Of a stretch of DNA of 64,000 bases, positions 1 through 11,062 are shown piece by piece. The notes under the pieces are model-generated. The model had not been told where the DNA came from, searched no databases, and saw only the letters and a list, made by a program, of their open reading frames with translations. This stretch comes from Octopus sinensis (taxonomy: Eukaryota), in the NCBI RefSeq assembly GCF_006345805.1, contig NC_042999.1, forward strand, positions 154,380,001 to 154,444,000. Direction: 5' to 3'. The first letter of the stretch is position 1, and each line of letters opens with the position of its first letter. Position numbers and translations under genes: made by a program.

Positions 1-63
1 CTACTACTACTACTACTACTACTATTATTGCTACTACTACTACTACTACTACTACTACTATTG

Positions 64-104
<41 letters not shown>

Positions 105-111
105 GCTGCTG

Positions 112-142
<31 letters not shown>

Positions 143-290
143 GTGGTAATAGTCGTCGTCGTAGTAAAAGTAGTAGTATAATGAGGAAAAGGGAGAAATA
201 TATGTGGAGTAAATACTACTGCTACAAATACTACTACTACTGCTGCTGCTGCTACTACTGCAACTATTACAACTGGCAGAATCGTTAGGG
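1..290. repeat. (CTA)n/(CTG)n trinucleotide microsatellite
   Basis: Direct inspection; it explains the poly-Leu ORF 28..288. Confidence 0.97.
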
Positions 291-580
291 GAGTGGACCC
301 GGAAGTTGCAGTACGCAAACAGCAGCAGTAATTTTCTTCAGCTGAATACACGTCATTGATTGGCTAAAATTGCTCAAATTCGACTTTAACACGGAATAAC
401 TTCTAAAATACAAAATTTTGTCAAAGACGTTAAGAGTAAGCTCTGTTCTATGCGACACATTCTACCAGTATTCGAAGTTTCAAAGTGTTTAGTTAAAAAA
501 AAATAATCTTAAAATCTGTCGGTCAGATTGAAAAGATCCGTAGAAACAATTATTATTATTAATATCATTATTTCATCCTC

Positions 581-968
581 GAAGGCGGTAAGCTGGCAGA
601 ATCTTTAAATACTTAACGGCATTTTGTCTGCCGTTACGTTCTGAGTTCAAATTCCGCCGAGGTCGACTTTGCCTTTCATCCTTTCCGGGTCGATTAAATA
701 ACTACCAGTTACGCACTGGCGTCGAAATAACAGACTTAATCCGTTTATCTATCCTTGTTTGTCCTCTCTGTGTTTAGCTCCTTGTGGGTAGTAAAGAAAT
801 AGGTATTTTGTCTGTCATTACGTTCTGAGTTCAAATTCCACCGCGTCTCGACTTTGCCTTTTATCCTTTCGGGGTTGATAAATTAAGTATCAGTTGCGTA
901 ATGGAGTCGATCTAATCGACTGGACTCCCTCCCCACAAATTTCAGGCCTTGTGCCTTGAGTAAAAAAG
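581..968 (+). mobile_element. tRNA-derived SINE, family S1 (dimeric body)
   Basis: Head GGCGGtAAGCTGGCAGAA (A-box-like), GTTCAAATTCC B-box twice, and the GAGGTCGACTTTGCCTTTCATCC body shared with more than 10 copies in the window. Confidence 0.9.
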
Positions 969-979
969 ATTATTATTTC

Positions 980-1440
980 ATTCACATACAGCAGATTAGA
1001 CTGTTGGGAAAAATTTCCAACATTGGGCTAAGCAACCTTAGATGCCAAGAACCTTCCTAAGTATCCTAGTTGTTCTAATAACACTGTTTTCTGGAGCTGC
1101 ACTAAATTGGGTTTTATACCTATTTCCTCTATCCATCTGTTCAGATGGTTCACCCATGCGAAATTTTGCAGCTTTCTTTTTCTTCAGAAAGCAGCTTGTT
1201 TTTTCCCCACACGTTTATATATATATTTCCTTTGATATTTATTGTAGTTTTGTAAATTGTAGAAGGAAGGGTTTGTTGTTTTAAGGGATTGCTGATATCT
1301 TTAGATTTGGTGATTATGACGGATAGTTACTTTTCCCCCTCAGTGTTATCTCCAGCTCCTTCAGTATCTTATTAACCGTCTTAAATATTTTAATCACAAG
1401 TTTGGAATCATAAATGTTGGTGTTTCCCATCTGTATTAAT
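980..1440 (-). mobile_element. Decayed R4/Dong-like LINE 3' fragment
   Basis: Minus-strand translation gives ..RWIEEIGIKPNLVQLQKTVLL.., resembling the LQKxxLLGTAxILRxVL C-terminus seen at 12560-12620 and 13095-13160. Confidence 0.55.
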
Positions 1441-1728
1441 ATTATCACTTCCCACGATTATTCAACAGCTACCAGTAGCAGGTGTTGCCATGGTGGTGGT
1501 ATTAGAGACACTTGATGTTGTTGCAGTTGTCAATGTCGTTTTGGATGCTGTTGATGCTGTTGTTGTTCGCGATTGTGAATTTATATAACGGAAATTCCAA
1601 TTTAGTTTGTGTCATTATTCTGGAACGTACAAACATATTCAGATACAATGACTACACTAACATATTCCAACTTACATACAAACACTAACAACGTAACACT
1701 GTCTTGTACAAAGTTATAGGTAGAGGCG

Positions 1729-2135
1729 AGGCGGCGAGCTGGCAGAAATTTTAGCACGCCGGGCGAAATGCTTAGCAGTATTTCGTCTGCCGCTACGTTC
1801 TGAGTTAAAATTCTGGCGAGGCCGACTTTGTCTTTCATCCTTTTGGGGGTCGATAAATTAAGTACCAGTTACGCACTGGGGTCGATATAATCGACTTAAC
1901 CCGTTTGTCTCCTCTCTGTGTTTAGCCCCTTGTGGGCAATAAAGAAATAAGTATTTCGTCTGCCGCTACGTTCTGAGTTAGAATTCCGCCGAGGTCGACT
2001 TTGTCTTTCATCCTTTCGGGGTCGATAAACTAAGTACCATTTACGCACTGGAGTCGATGTAATCGACTTACTCCGTTTGTCTGCCCTTGTTTGTCCTCTC
2101 TGTGTTTAGCCCCTTGTGGGTAGTAAGGAAATAGG
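1729..2135 (+). mobile_element. SINE S1 multimer (head plus repeated body units) with 14-bp TSD
   Basis: TATAGGTAGAGGCG occurs at 1715-1728 and again at 2136-2149, flanking the element. Confidence 0.9.
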
Positions 2136-2560
2136 TATAGGTAGAGGCGTGGCTGAATGGTAAGAAGTTGGTTTCCGATCCACATGATCCCGGGTACAGT
2201 CCCCCTTCTTGCCACCACGGGCAAGTGCTTTCAACGAAAGCCTCAGGCCGATTAAAGCTCTGTGAGTAGATTTGGTAAACTGGAACTGAAAGAAACCCGT
2301 CATGTGTGTGTGTATGTGTGTGTGTTCGCACCCCACCTACCGTTTTACAACCGGTGTCGGTGTGTTTATGTCCTAATATCATAGCAGTTTAGCCTTAGAT
2401 ACCAATAGAATAAGTATCAAGCTTTACAAAAAAAAAAAAAAAAGAACTGGAGTTGATTTGTTTGCCTTAAATTCTTCAAGGCGGTGCCCCAGCATGGCCG
2501 TAGTCTTATGCCTGAAACAAGTAAAAAATAAAAAAGAAAGAAAAAGAAAAAAAGATAAAT
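2136..2560 (+). mobile_element. tRNA-derived SINE, family S2 (CORE-like segment, internal microsatellite)
   Basis: Head ..GTGGCTGaaTGGTAAG.., GGATTTGGTAxACGGAACTGAAAGAA, internal (TG)n, and tail ..CAGCATGGCC..TGAAACAAGTAAAA. Confidence 0.85.
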
Positions 2561-2864
2561 GCAACACTGTTTTCTGAAGAGGTATTCAAACGATGGTTAA
2601 CTGGCAGCAACAGATTCTTTTTAAGATAGAAAATTCTGAGCACGTTAACAGATAGCATAAGAAGAAACTATTTAGCTTCATTCGTTAACTGTCCTGTCGT
2701 ACTTTGCTCTCCATCCATCCTCTTCTTTTTCCCTCTCTTTTAATCCTCCTCTCTGTTTCCAAATGAGTATATACATACATATATTTACAAACACACACAC
2801 AAAACACACAGGATCGCAGAAATCTACAAGCGTTTTCATTCTCTCTCTGTTTATTTCCTCTTAC

Positions 2865-3327
2865 TCCTAGCTTATTTCTTTACTGCCCACAAGGGGACTA
2901 CACACAGAGGGGACAAGCAAGGACAGACAGATTATATCGACCCCAGTGCGTAACTGGTACGTATTTAATCGACCCCGAAAGGATGAAAGGCGAAGTCGAC
3001 CTCGACGGAATTTGAACTCAGAACGTAACGGTAGACGAAATACCTATTTCTTTACTACCCACAAGAAGCTAAACACAGTAACGGCAGACGAAATACCTAT
3101 TTCTTTACTACCCACAAGGGGATAAACACAGAGGGACAGACAAGGACAGACAAACGGATTAAGTCGATTATATCGACTCCAGTGCATAACTGGTACTTAA
3201 TTTATCGACCCCGAAAGGATGAAAGGCAAAGTCGACCTCGGCGGAGTTTGAACTCAGAACGTAACTGCGGCCGAAATACCGCTAAGCATTTCACCCAGCA
3301 TGCTACTGGTTCTGCCAGATCACCACC
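2865..3327 (-). mobile_element. SINE S1 multimer
   Basis: Reverse complement of the S1 head and body, with repeated units. Confidence 0.9.
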
Positions 3328-3371
3328 TGTTGTTTTCTTTTGGGGCTGGGAACAGGTATCCGGTGATACTT

Positions 3372-3610
3372 GATACCTATTTCTTTATCACCCACAAGGG
3401 GCTAAACACAGAGGGGACAAACAAGGACAGACATAGGTATTAAGTCGATTACATCGACCCCAGTGTGTAACTGGTACTATATTTATCGACCCCGAAAGGA
3501 TGAAAGGCAAAGTCGACCTCGGCGGAATTTGAACTCACAACGTAACGCAGACGGAATAGCGCTAAGCATTTTGCCCGGCGTGCTAACGTTTCTGCCAGCT
3601 CGCCGCCTTC
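3372..3610 (-). mobile_element. SINE S1
   Basis: Reverse complement of S1, ending in CTGCCAGCTCGCCGCC. Confidence 0.9.
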
Positions 3611-3614
3611 TTAT

Positions 3615-3755
3615 TCCTATCTGTTGAAGAGTGTACGCTCGAAACCTAAAGGACATTTTCATTTTTACTCGAGCGTCAAACTAATACACTTGCTTGTTGT
3701 TCATATACTTGTCTTCGTCTTTTGTTTTCCTATAAATTTCAACTATATCTATAGT
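3615..3755 (+). mobile_element. HHR-bearing short repeat, family A-like (degenerate)
   Basis: CTGTTGA-A-GAGT-GTAC-GCTC-GAAACCTA followed by a GAGCGTC..TAATAC..TTGTT tail resembling 4940-5075. Confidence 0.5.
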
Positions 3756-3854
3756 TCTGTCTTGGTTTTCCTGTCCGTCTTTGTATCGTCCATCTGTCCG
3801 TATGTTTTCATTGTCGTCCGTTACGTTCTTTTTCCGTTTTTTTTTGGATATATA

Positions 3855-4268
3855 CTCTTTACTCTTTACTCTTTTACTTGTTTCAGTCATGTGACTGTCG
3901 CCATGCTGGAGCACCACCTTTAATCGAGGAAATCGACCCCCGGACTTATTCTTTGTTAGCCTAGTACTTATTCTATCGGTCTGTTTTGCCGAACCGCTAA
4001 GTTACAGGGACATAAACACACCAGCCTCGGTTGTGAAGCGATGTTGGGGTGACAAACATAGACACACAAACATATACTCACACATACATATATATATACA
4101 TATATACGACGGGCTTCTTTCAATTTCCGTCTACCAAATCCACTTACAAGGCTTTGGTCGGCCCGAGGCTGGAGTAGAAGACACTTGCCCAAGGTGCCAC
4201 GCAGTGGGACTGAACCTGGAACCAAGTGGTTGGTAAGCAAGCTACTTAGCACACAGCCACTCCTATAT
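3855..4268 (-). mobile_element. SINE S2, full length
   Basis: Reverse complement of the S2 head, internal (TA/CA)n and (AAAAGAGT)n tail. Confidence 0.92.
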
Positions 4269-4423
4269 ATATATATATATATATATACACCCACCTCACT
4301 TGTCAACTTGTCAGTCATAAGATAGTGCTTATCGTGGCTATGAGCTGTTTTGACTCCTATTTCTAGTAATACTGGCGGTGGCTGGCGCCCTTAGACGCTT
4401 TAGTGACGTATATGTGTGTGTAT

Positions 4424-4424
<1 letters not shown>

Positions 4425-4489
<65 letters not shown>
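4425..4489. repeat. (TG)n microsatellite
   Basis: Direct inspection. Confidence 0.95.
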
Positions 4490-4490
<1 letters not shown>

Positions 4491-4494
4491 GTCG

Positions 4495-4864
4495 TGGCAC
4501 TCAGTTAGTTACGGCGACGAGGGTTCCAGTTGATCCGATCAACGGAACAACCTGCTCGTCAAATTAACGTGCAAATGGCCGAGTACTCCACAGACACGTG
4601 TACCCTTAACGTAGTTCTCGGCGAGATTCAGCGTGACACAGAGTGTGACAAGGCTGGCCCCTTTGAAATACGGGTACAACAGAAACAGGAACAAAGAGAG
4701 AAATTTGCGATGAAACAATACAGCAGGGGTCACAACCACCAGAGCCTCGGGAAGGTTTAGGCGTTTTCGCTCAATAAACACTCGCAACGCTCGGTCTGGG
4801 AATCGAAACCACGATCCTACGACTGCGAGTCCGCTACCCTAATCACTGGTCCATTGCACCTCCA
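4495..4864 (-). mobile_element. tRNA-derived SINE, family S3 (tail X), internally deleted
   Basis: Reverse complement of GGAGGxGCAATGGxCCAGTG..GGACTCGCxGTCGTAGGATC..GTTTCGATTCCCAGACC plus the tail shared with 22069-22450. Confidence 0.9.
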
Positions 4865-4939
4865 CACACACAAACACACACACAAACTCACACAAACACA
4901 CACAAACACACTCGCACATACACACACACGTATATATAT

Positions 4940-5066
4940 GTTTCCGACGAAGAGCTCCGCCCGAAACGTCAAACACTCCTTCCTCCCTTCTTTCCTGAGC
5001 GTCCAATAATACTTTATTTGTTCCACGTCCTTGCGTTGTTGTCTTTTTGTTTTCTTGTTTGGATTA

Positions 5067-5075
<9 letters not shown>
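4940..5075 (+). mobile_element. HHR-bearing short repeat, family A (probably Penelope-like pLTR-derived)
   Basis: GTTT-CCGACGA-A-GAGC-TCC-GCCC-GAAAC-GTC-AAAC at 4940-4974; the tail matches the reverse complement of 29870-29960 and 49400-49495. Confidence 0.65.
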
Positions 5076-5104
<29 letters not shown>

Positions 5105-5419
5105 TTAAAAATGGGGAAGATCGGTTTAGTGGATTACCTTAGGTTTCCCGCCCATAAAGGGTTTAGCTTTATAGCATATCGTCAGATCCTAAAACTTGTT
5201 GGCCCAAGGCATCTTAAGAAAATGGGTGAAGAAATGCCTCACTACTCAAAGATAACAACGGGGATTATCTCCCTTGGCTACTGGCTATCGACTTCTGTCT
5301 GTGCCGCCATTTTGTGGGCTCCAAAAAGCTAGCAAGAATCTCCTGAAATGTATACAGGCATAAGCTCGCTTTGCTACCACGTGTTTTCGGGTTTAGTCTC
5401 AGAATGTATACAAGTATAT

Positions 5420-5660
5420 ATAACGCATCACGGTATCGACCAGACTATCGCATGTTATACAACCCTGGTCACAATGCCCTTTGCATTATTTAAGCTTTCG
5501 AATGATGCCACCCCATTGGCTAGTTGAGCAGAGCAACATTACCCCTGTTCGGAAGGCTAGTCAGTTGCACGGTTACTCATTTTTGCCTGCTGAGTGGACT
5601 GGGGTAACGTAAAATGAAGTGTTTTGCTGAAGGACATTACGCGGATCGTTACCTTTTGAC
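5420..5660 (-). mobile_element. SINE fragments (S3 tail Y plus C1 core)
   Basis: Similar to 24230-24350 and to the TTACTCATTTTTGCCAGCTGAGTGGACTGG segment at 54865-54900. Confidence 0.65.
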
Positions 5661-5904
5661 CGACAGATTTAAAAAATAATTTTTTGTAACTAAACACTTT
5701 CAAACTTCGTATACTGGTAGAATGTGTCACATAAAACATCTTTTACTCTTGGCGTTGTTGAGAAAATTCTGTATTTTGGAAGATGTTTCTTGTTAAAGTT
5801 GTCGTATTTCGGTAATTTCAATCAATCAATGAAGTGTATTCAGCCGAATAAAATTACTGCCGTTGTTTGTCAACAACAACTTCCGGTGGTGTATATTTCG
5901 TTTG

Positions 5905-6087
5905 TATATAGGCGTAGGAGTGGCTGGGTGGTAAGTAGCTTGCTTACGAGCCACATCGTTCCGGGTTCAGTCCCACTGCGTGGCACCTTGGGCAAGTGTC
6001 TTCTATTATAGCCTCGGGCCGACCAAAGCCTTGTGAGTGGATTTGGTAGACGAAAACTGAAAGAAGCCCATCGTATATATGTATATA

Positions 6088-6134
<47 letters not shown>

Positions 6135-6320
6135 TTGTCCCCCCAACATCACTTGACAACTGATGCTGGTGTGTTTTCGACCCCGTAACTTAGTGGTTCG
6201 GCAAAAGAGATCGATAGAATAAGTACTAGGCTTACAAAGAAGTCCTGGTGTCGATTTGCTCGACTGAAGGCGGTGCTCCAGCATGGCCACAGTCAAATGA
6301 GTGAAACAAGTAAAAGAGAG
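5905..6320 (+). mobile_element. SINE S2, full length
   Basis: ATAGGCGTAGGAGTGGCTG head, GTTCAGTCCC B-box-like motif, GGCACCTTGGGCAAGTG, internal (TA)(TG)n and tail. Confidence 0.93.
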
Positions 6321-6324
6321 ATAC

Positions 6325-6478
6325 CTATTTATTAAAGCTTCAAAAACATAAGAAAAAACAGTTACTCGGAGTTTCACGTATTTGTTCGTCGGACAATTGT
6401 GATCAAGCATATTACTCTAACCTGGTATTCGAGTTCTATTTTTCTCCACCTTGTTTTGCATATATATTCTTACTCGTT
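6325..6478. mobile_element. HHR-bearing repeat, family B (inverted HHR segment plus direct tail)
   Basis: Minus strand 6396-6359 reads TTGT-CCGACGA-ACA-AATA-CGT-GAAA-CTCCGAG-TA-ACTG; the 3' part matches 37590-37658. Confidence 0.6.
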
Positions 6479-6482
6479 TGTG

Positions 6483-6536
<54 letters not shown>

Positions 6537-7399
6537 CGCGTACGTATATATATATATGTAGAGAAAGAGAGAGAGAGAGAGAGAAGAGGGGCATATACAC
6601 GCACACATAATTATCACACACATATGTATTTGTGTGTGCATGTCTACCAAATTCATTCACAAGACACTTGTCAGTCCCGGACTATAGAAAATACTTGCAT
6701 AAAATGCCGTCCATTGAATCTGAACACAAACACAAATATTTTCAAAGCGGGCTTCTTAATGCGTCTATATATCGAACATCCGGACATAATATATATATAC
6801 GTAAGAAACACATTATATACATATTTACATAACATATATTTGTAGTAATATTTACACGCCCACACACGGCCACACGCTCACACGCACGCACACACACACA
6901 CGTGTATATAACTATGAGCACTTGGCTTACTCCCACCTCTTACGTGAGAGCCCACATATATCTTTCAATTGGGACATCTCAGCAAAATTTCTCATTCAGT
7001 CACCGCAAATCGATGACCTATAACTAATAGCATTGATAAAGAACGTTGACAGACGATAATAAGTAATGGGATGTAGTTACTGTCGTCTGCTTTTGTTGTT
7101 GTTTTTTTTTCTATAGAAAACTGCACAGTTTTTCTCCATTATGTGTGTCTTCTTACGAAATTGTCCATACGATACATGAATACCGACTGTACTGAGAGAA
7201 CACAGACGTGTGTATGAAAGATGAACTGGTAACAATAAACTACGTCGTTTCTGGGCGAAACTAAAAAGATGTTTTAATCTGTTCTTGTTACATTTTTTAT
7301 ACTTACACGAACAACAATTTATTAAATTTTCTGTCTCTATTCTTCTGTCTCCAATTGCCTGTCGCTTTTCTACTCTTCTTCAGTCTCAGTCTGTCATTC

Positions 7400-7630
<231 letters not shown>

Positions 7631-8014
7631 CTTCCATCTTGTTTAAATAATGTAAAAAGAAAAAAAATGAGATGTCTGTGAAACGTTCAGCTAAATGTGC
7701 ATGGTCAATATCGACTAAGAGCTGACCACGGTTTCTAGGAAGTCGACTGACCTCGTCGAACCGTCTTCCTTGCTTTGTCCGGAATATTCCAAGAAGATAT
7801 ATTTTAAGCCGAGTAAAGATATATTTCAAAATCATTACCATAATCAATAGTTTATGTTCGATTGTACATGTCATATCACAAAATTTTAATGTCATATCAC
7901 AATTGTGATATATGTATATATGTATATGTATATACATATATATGTACAAAATGCATGTGTTATTATTATTAGCGTTATGACTCTCCTAAGACACAACAAT
8001 CTGTGTGTGTGTGA

Positions 8015-8072
<58 letters not shown>

Positions 8073-8141
8073 GTAGGTCCCGGGTTGAGTCGGGGTTAAC
8101 CACAGTAAATAATGTACTCAATACATAGCAGAATAAATTAA

Positions 8142-8270
8142 TTATTTTATAGAAGGAGCTTCTACAGGACTAGAACTGTTCATCATTCAAAAGAAATCAT
8201 CAGGAAGCTTCCTGATGATTTCTTTTGAATGAAACAGTTCTAGTCCGTAGAAGCTCCTTCTAAAAAATAA
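8142..8270. ncRNA. Palindrome carrying a type I hammerhead-like motif in each arm
   Basis: Symmetric about GGAAG|CTTCC (8207/8208). The plus arm reads AGCTTC-CTGATGA-TTTC-TTTT-GAAT-GAAA-CAG..CG-TA-GAAGCT. Confidence 0.7.
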
Positions 8271-8349
8271 ATATATATATATTATATATAGATATATATA
8301 TATATATCTAATGTATATATTATATATATATATATATAGATATATATAT

Positions 8350-8535
<186 letters not shown>

Positions 8536-8539
8536 ATTT

Positions 8540-8735
8540 GTGTTTTTATGTTTGTGTTTATGACCCAATTCTGCTTGACAACTGGTATTACATCCTCGTA
8601 ACTTGGCTGTTCGGCAAAAGGGACCGATAGAATAAGTGTCAAACTTAGAATAAGTACTTCGTTTTCCCCGAACCTCTTAAGATGATGCCCCAGCATGGTC
8701 GTAGTCTAATGATTGAAGCAAGAAAATGTAAGAGT
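8540..8735 (+). mobile_element. SINE S2 tail half
   Basis: CTTGACAACTGGT..TTCGGCAAAAGGGACCGATAGAATAAGT..CCCCAGCATGG. Confidence 0.8.
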
Positions 8736-8764
8736 AAGCAATAACCATCGTCTAATAACTAAAC

Positions 8765-9190
8765 AAGGCGTCGAGTTGACAGAATCGTTAGTACACCGGA
8801 CTAAATGTTTAGCGACATTTTGTCCGTCTTTACGTTCTGAGTTCAAATTCCGCCGAGATCGACTTTGCCATTCATCCTTTTGAGGTCGATTAATTAAGTA
8901 CCAGTTGCGTACTAGAGTCGATCTAATTCGGGCCTTGTTCCTAGATTAAAAACGATTGTCTAAGATGGCGAGCTGGCAGAACCGTTAGCACACGGGACTG
9001 AATGGTTAGCGACATTTCGACCGTCTTTACGTTCTGAGTTCAAATTCCTCGTAGGTCAACTTTGTTTTGCATGCTTTCGGGGATCCATGAAATGAATACC
9101 AGTTGAGCGCTGGGATCGATGCAGACGACTTTACTGCCAACCCAACTCCCATATTGCTGGACTTGCGCCAAAATTAGAAACCAATATCTC
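8765..9190 (+). mobile_element. Two adjacent diverged SINE S1 copies
   Basis: Heads at ~8766 and ~8963, each followed by TTACGTTCTGAGTTCAAATTCC. Confidence 0.85.
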
Positions 9191-9795
9191 ATTATACTAA
9201 ATCCGTCTAAACAGTCTGTTCTCAAGATGTCCACGCAAAACTCATTATATTCAGTTCTGGAAAAAACTGCGCACGCCGGATTACTTATGTGAACCTATTG
9301 TCAATTTTTAATGACTGTTGCCGACAGCGTTAATTTCTCTTTAAAATTCTTTTCACACCGAAATTTATTTAAATAAAAAAAAAAGTTCCCAGCAGCAAGA
9401 GTAGTTATTGAATTGCTTAATTCATAAAATAATTTTAATTAAAATTATCAGACAAAATAAATGACTAAAACTCGCACGTGTAGGATTTCACTGATTTAAT
9501 GAGACATCGAATATTTTTCCTGGTGGCAATTCGTGTTTTTCGTTTTGGAGTTTTAAAAGCTGTTGTTTTTGACATTGTTGTTTAAGATTTCTTTGTATTA
9601 AATATTAAACAGACAGTGATTTAAGTACTTGATTCTTCATTGCAGAAATAATGACCAGGAAGAACGTTTAACAAAACTACAGCAGACATAGTTTGGTGGC
9701 AGCAATAAAAAATTTGAAACGTATACACGCACATGTGTGTGTATGTGTGTGTGTGCGCGCGTGAGATTGTATGGGTTTGTGTGTATGTATATGTA

Positions 9796-9837
<42 letters not shown>

Positions 9838-9984
9838 AAAAGCAATAAAGATTCAAGTTAATTTAAATGAATTTACTTGAATATGGTACCTAACTTAGAT
9901 GCACCAAAAAAAACTATACTGTTTTAACAATACAGTAATGTGGGGTGATTATAAGCGAGAAAGAAGCAACAAGAATGGATAGGT

Positions 9985-10075
9985 TTTTAGTACAATCGTT
10001 TCATACAAGGACAGGCTTTATTAAAAGTTGCAAAAATTACAGCATATAAACGTGTCCCGTACTCATCAGCTAAAA
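9985..10075 (-). ncRNA. Mirror copy of the same hammerhead, predicted cleavage at 9991
   Basis: Exact reverse complement of 10451-10541. Confidence 0.8.
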
Positions 10076-10450
10076 TACATGTGAGTTCTCTAGACATCCT
10101 AGTGGTTGAGGCTATACTCATGAAGTAATGTAGATAATTAAGTAACATAAACAGATTTCCAAAGTTCATTAAAGTTCTTTAAAGATGATGTACAGTCTTA
10201 TCACAGAATTTTTAAAAAGTTTTAATAGCATCACAGAGAAGGTGACCTAATCCATAGTGCACATATGAATTTCCAGAGATATGAGGAGGGATTACATACT
10301 CACAGACGACAAATTTATCCATTGTTAATCACAACGAGGTGGGTCTCAATTCCTGCTTATTAGCATTACAGAGAGGGTGAATTAATCCTTTGTATAGATG
10401 CACAATTTCCAATGGTGTAGATGTAAATTTCCATAGAGAACTCACATGTA

Positions 10451-10541
10451 TTTTAGCTGATGAGTACGGGACACGTTTATATGCTGTAATTTTTGCAACT
10501 TTTAATAAAGCCTGTCCTTGTATGAAACGATTGTACTAAAA
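10451..10541 (+). ncRNA. Type I hammerhead ribozyme (canonical core), predicted cleavage after A10535
   Basis: Stem I TTTTAG/CTAAAA; CTGATGA; stem II GTACGGGACA/TGTCCTTGTAT; GAAA; near-palindromic stem III ACGATTGT; GUA triplet. Confidence 0.8.
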
Positions 10542-10571
10542 ACCTATCCATTCTTGTTGCTTCTTTCTCGC

Positions 10572-10641
<70 letters not shown>

Positions 10642-11062
10642 AATATGAGAGGAAATCTACTATGTGGAAGCCCTTACGCTAAAAAGAGATCCGCATAAGT
10701 CTCAACCACTAAGAATTGTTCTCCAGAAAATTTAGCACACCGTGAACCTAAGCGAGCAGGACAAATGAAAAATAACAAAAATATAGATTAACCCCATACA
10801 ATTGCTTCAATGCTAATAAATTATGCAATTTTACTTACACAATTCATCTGCAGCTCGTCAGTGAGATCGTCATATAAAGATATAATTTGTCGAACTCCAC
10901 GCCAGATATCAACACAAGGCCGAAAATACCACCTATTACATCTACGGTTATCTTCAAACGTCCTCGTTCGGGCGCGCCAAATTACCGGAAATAAATACTG
11001 CATAGATAATTCACTGCAGTAGTTTTCGCCGGTTTGAGAATGTTCTCAAACCGGTGAAAAAA

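Larger units (their letters stand above)
9955..10571. mobile_element. 617-bp element with identical 138-bp inverted terminal arms (probably Penelope-like inverted pLTR)
   Basis: 9955-10092 is the exact reverse complement of 10434-10571 (compared base by base); TA-rich flanks; each arm contains a hammerhead core pointing outward. Confidence 0.85.

Noticed and set aside
581-3327. S1 tandem ~190-bp units as retrozyme-like arrays
   Set aside because: No CTGAnGA/GAAA core on either strand of the unit; the units carry pol III B-boxes instead.
5110-5332. 74-aa ORF MGKIGLVDYLRF.. and a CAAAATGGCGGC motif on the minus strand
   Set aside because: No recognisable domain or splice context; the minus-strand ATG closes after 10 codons.
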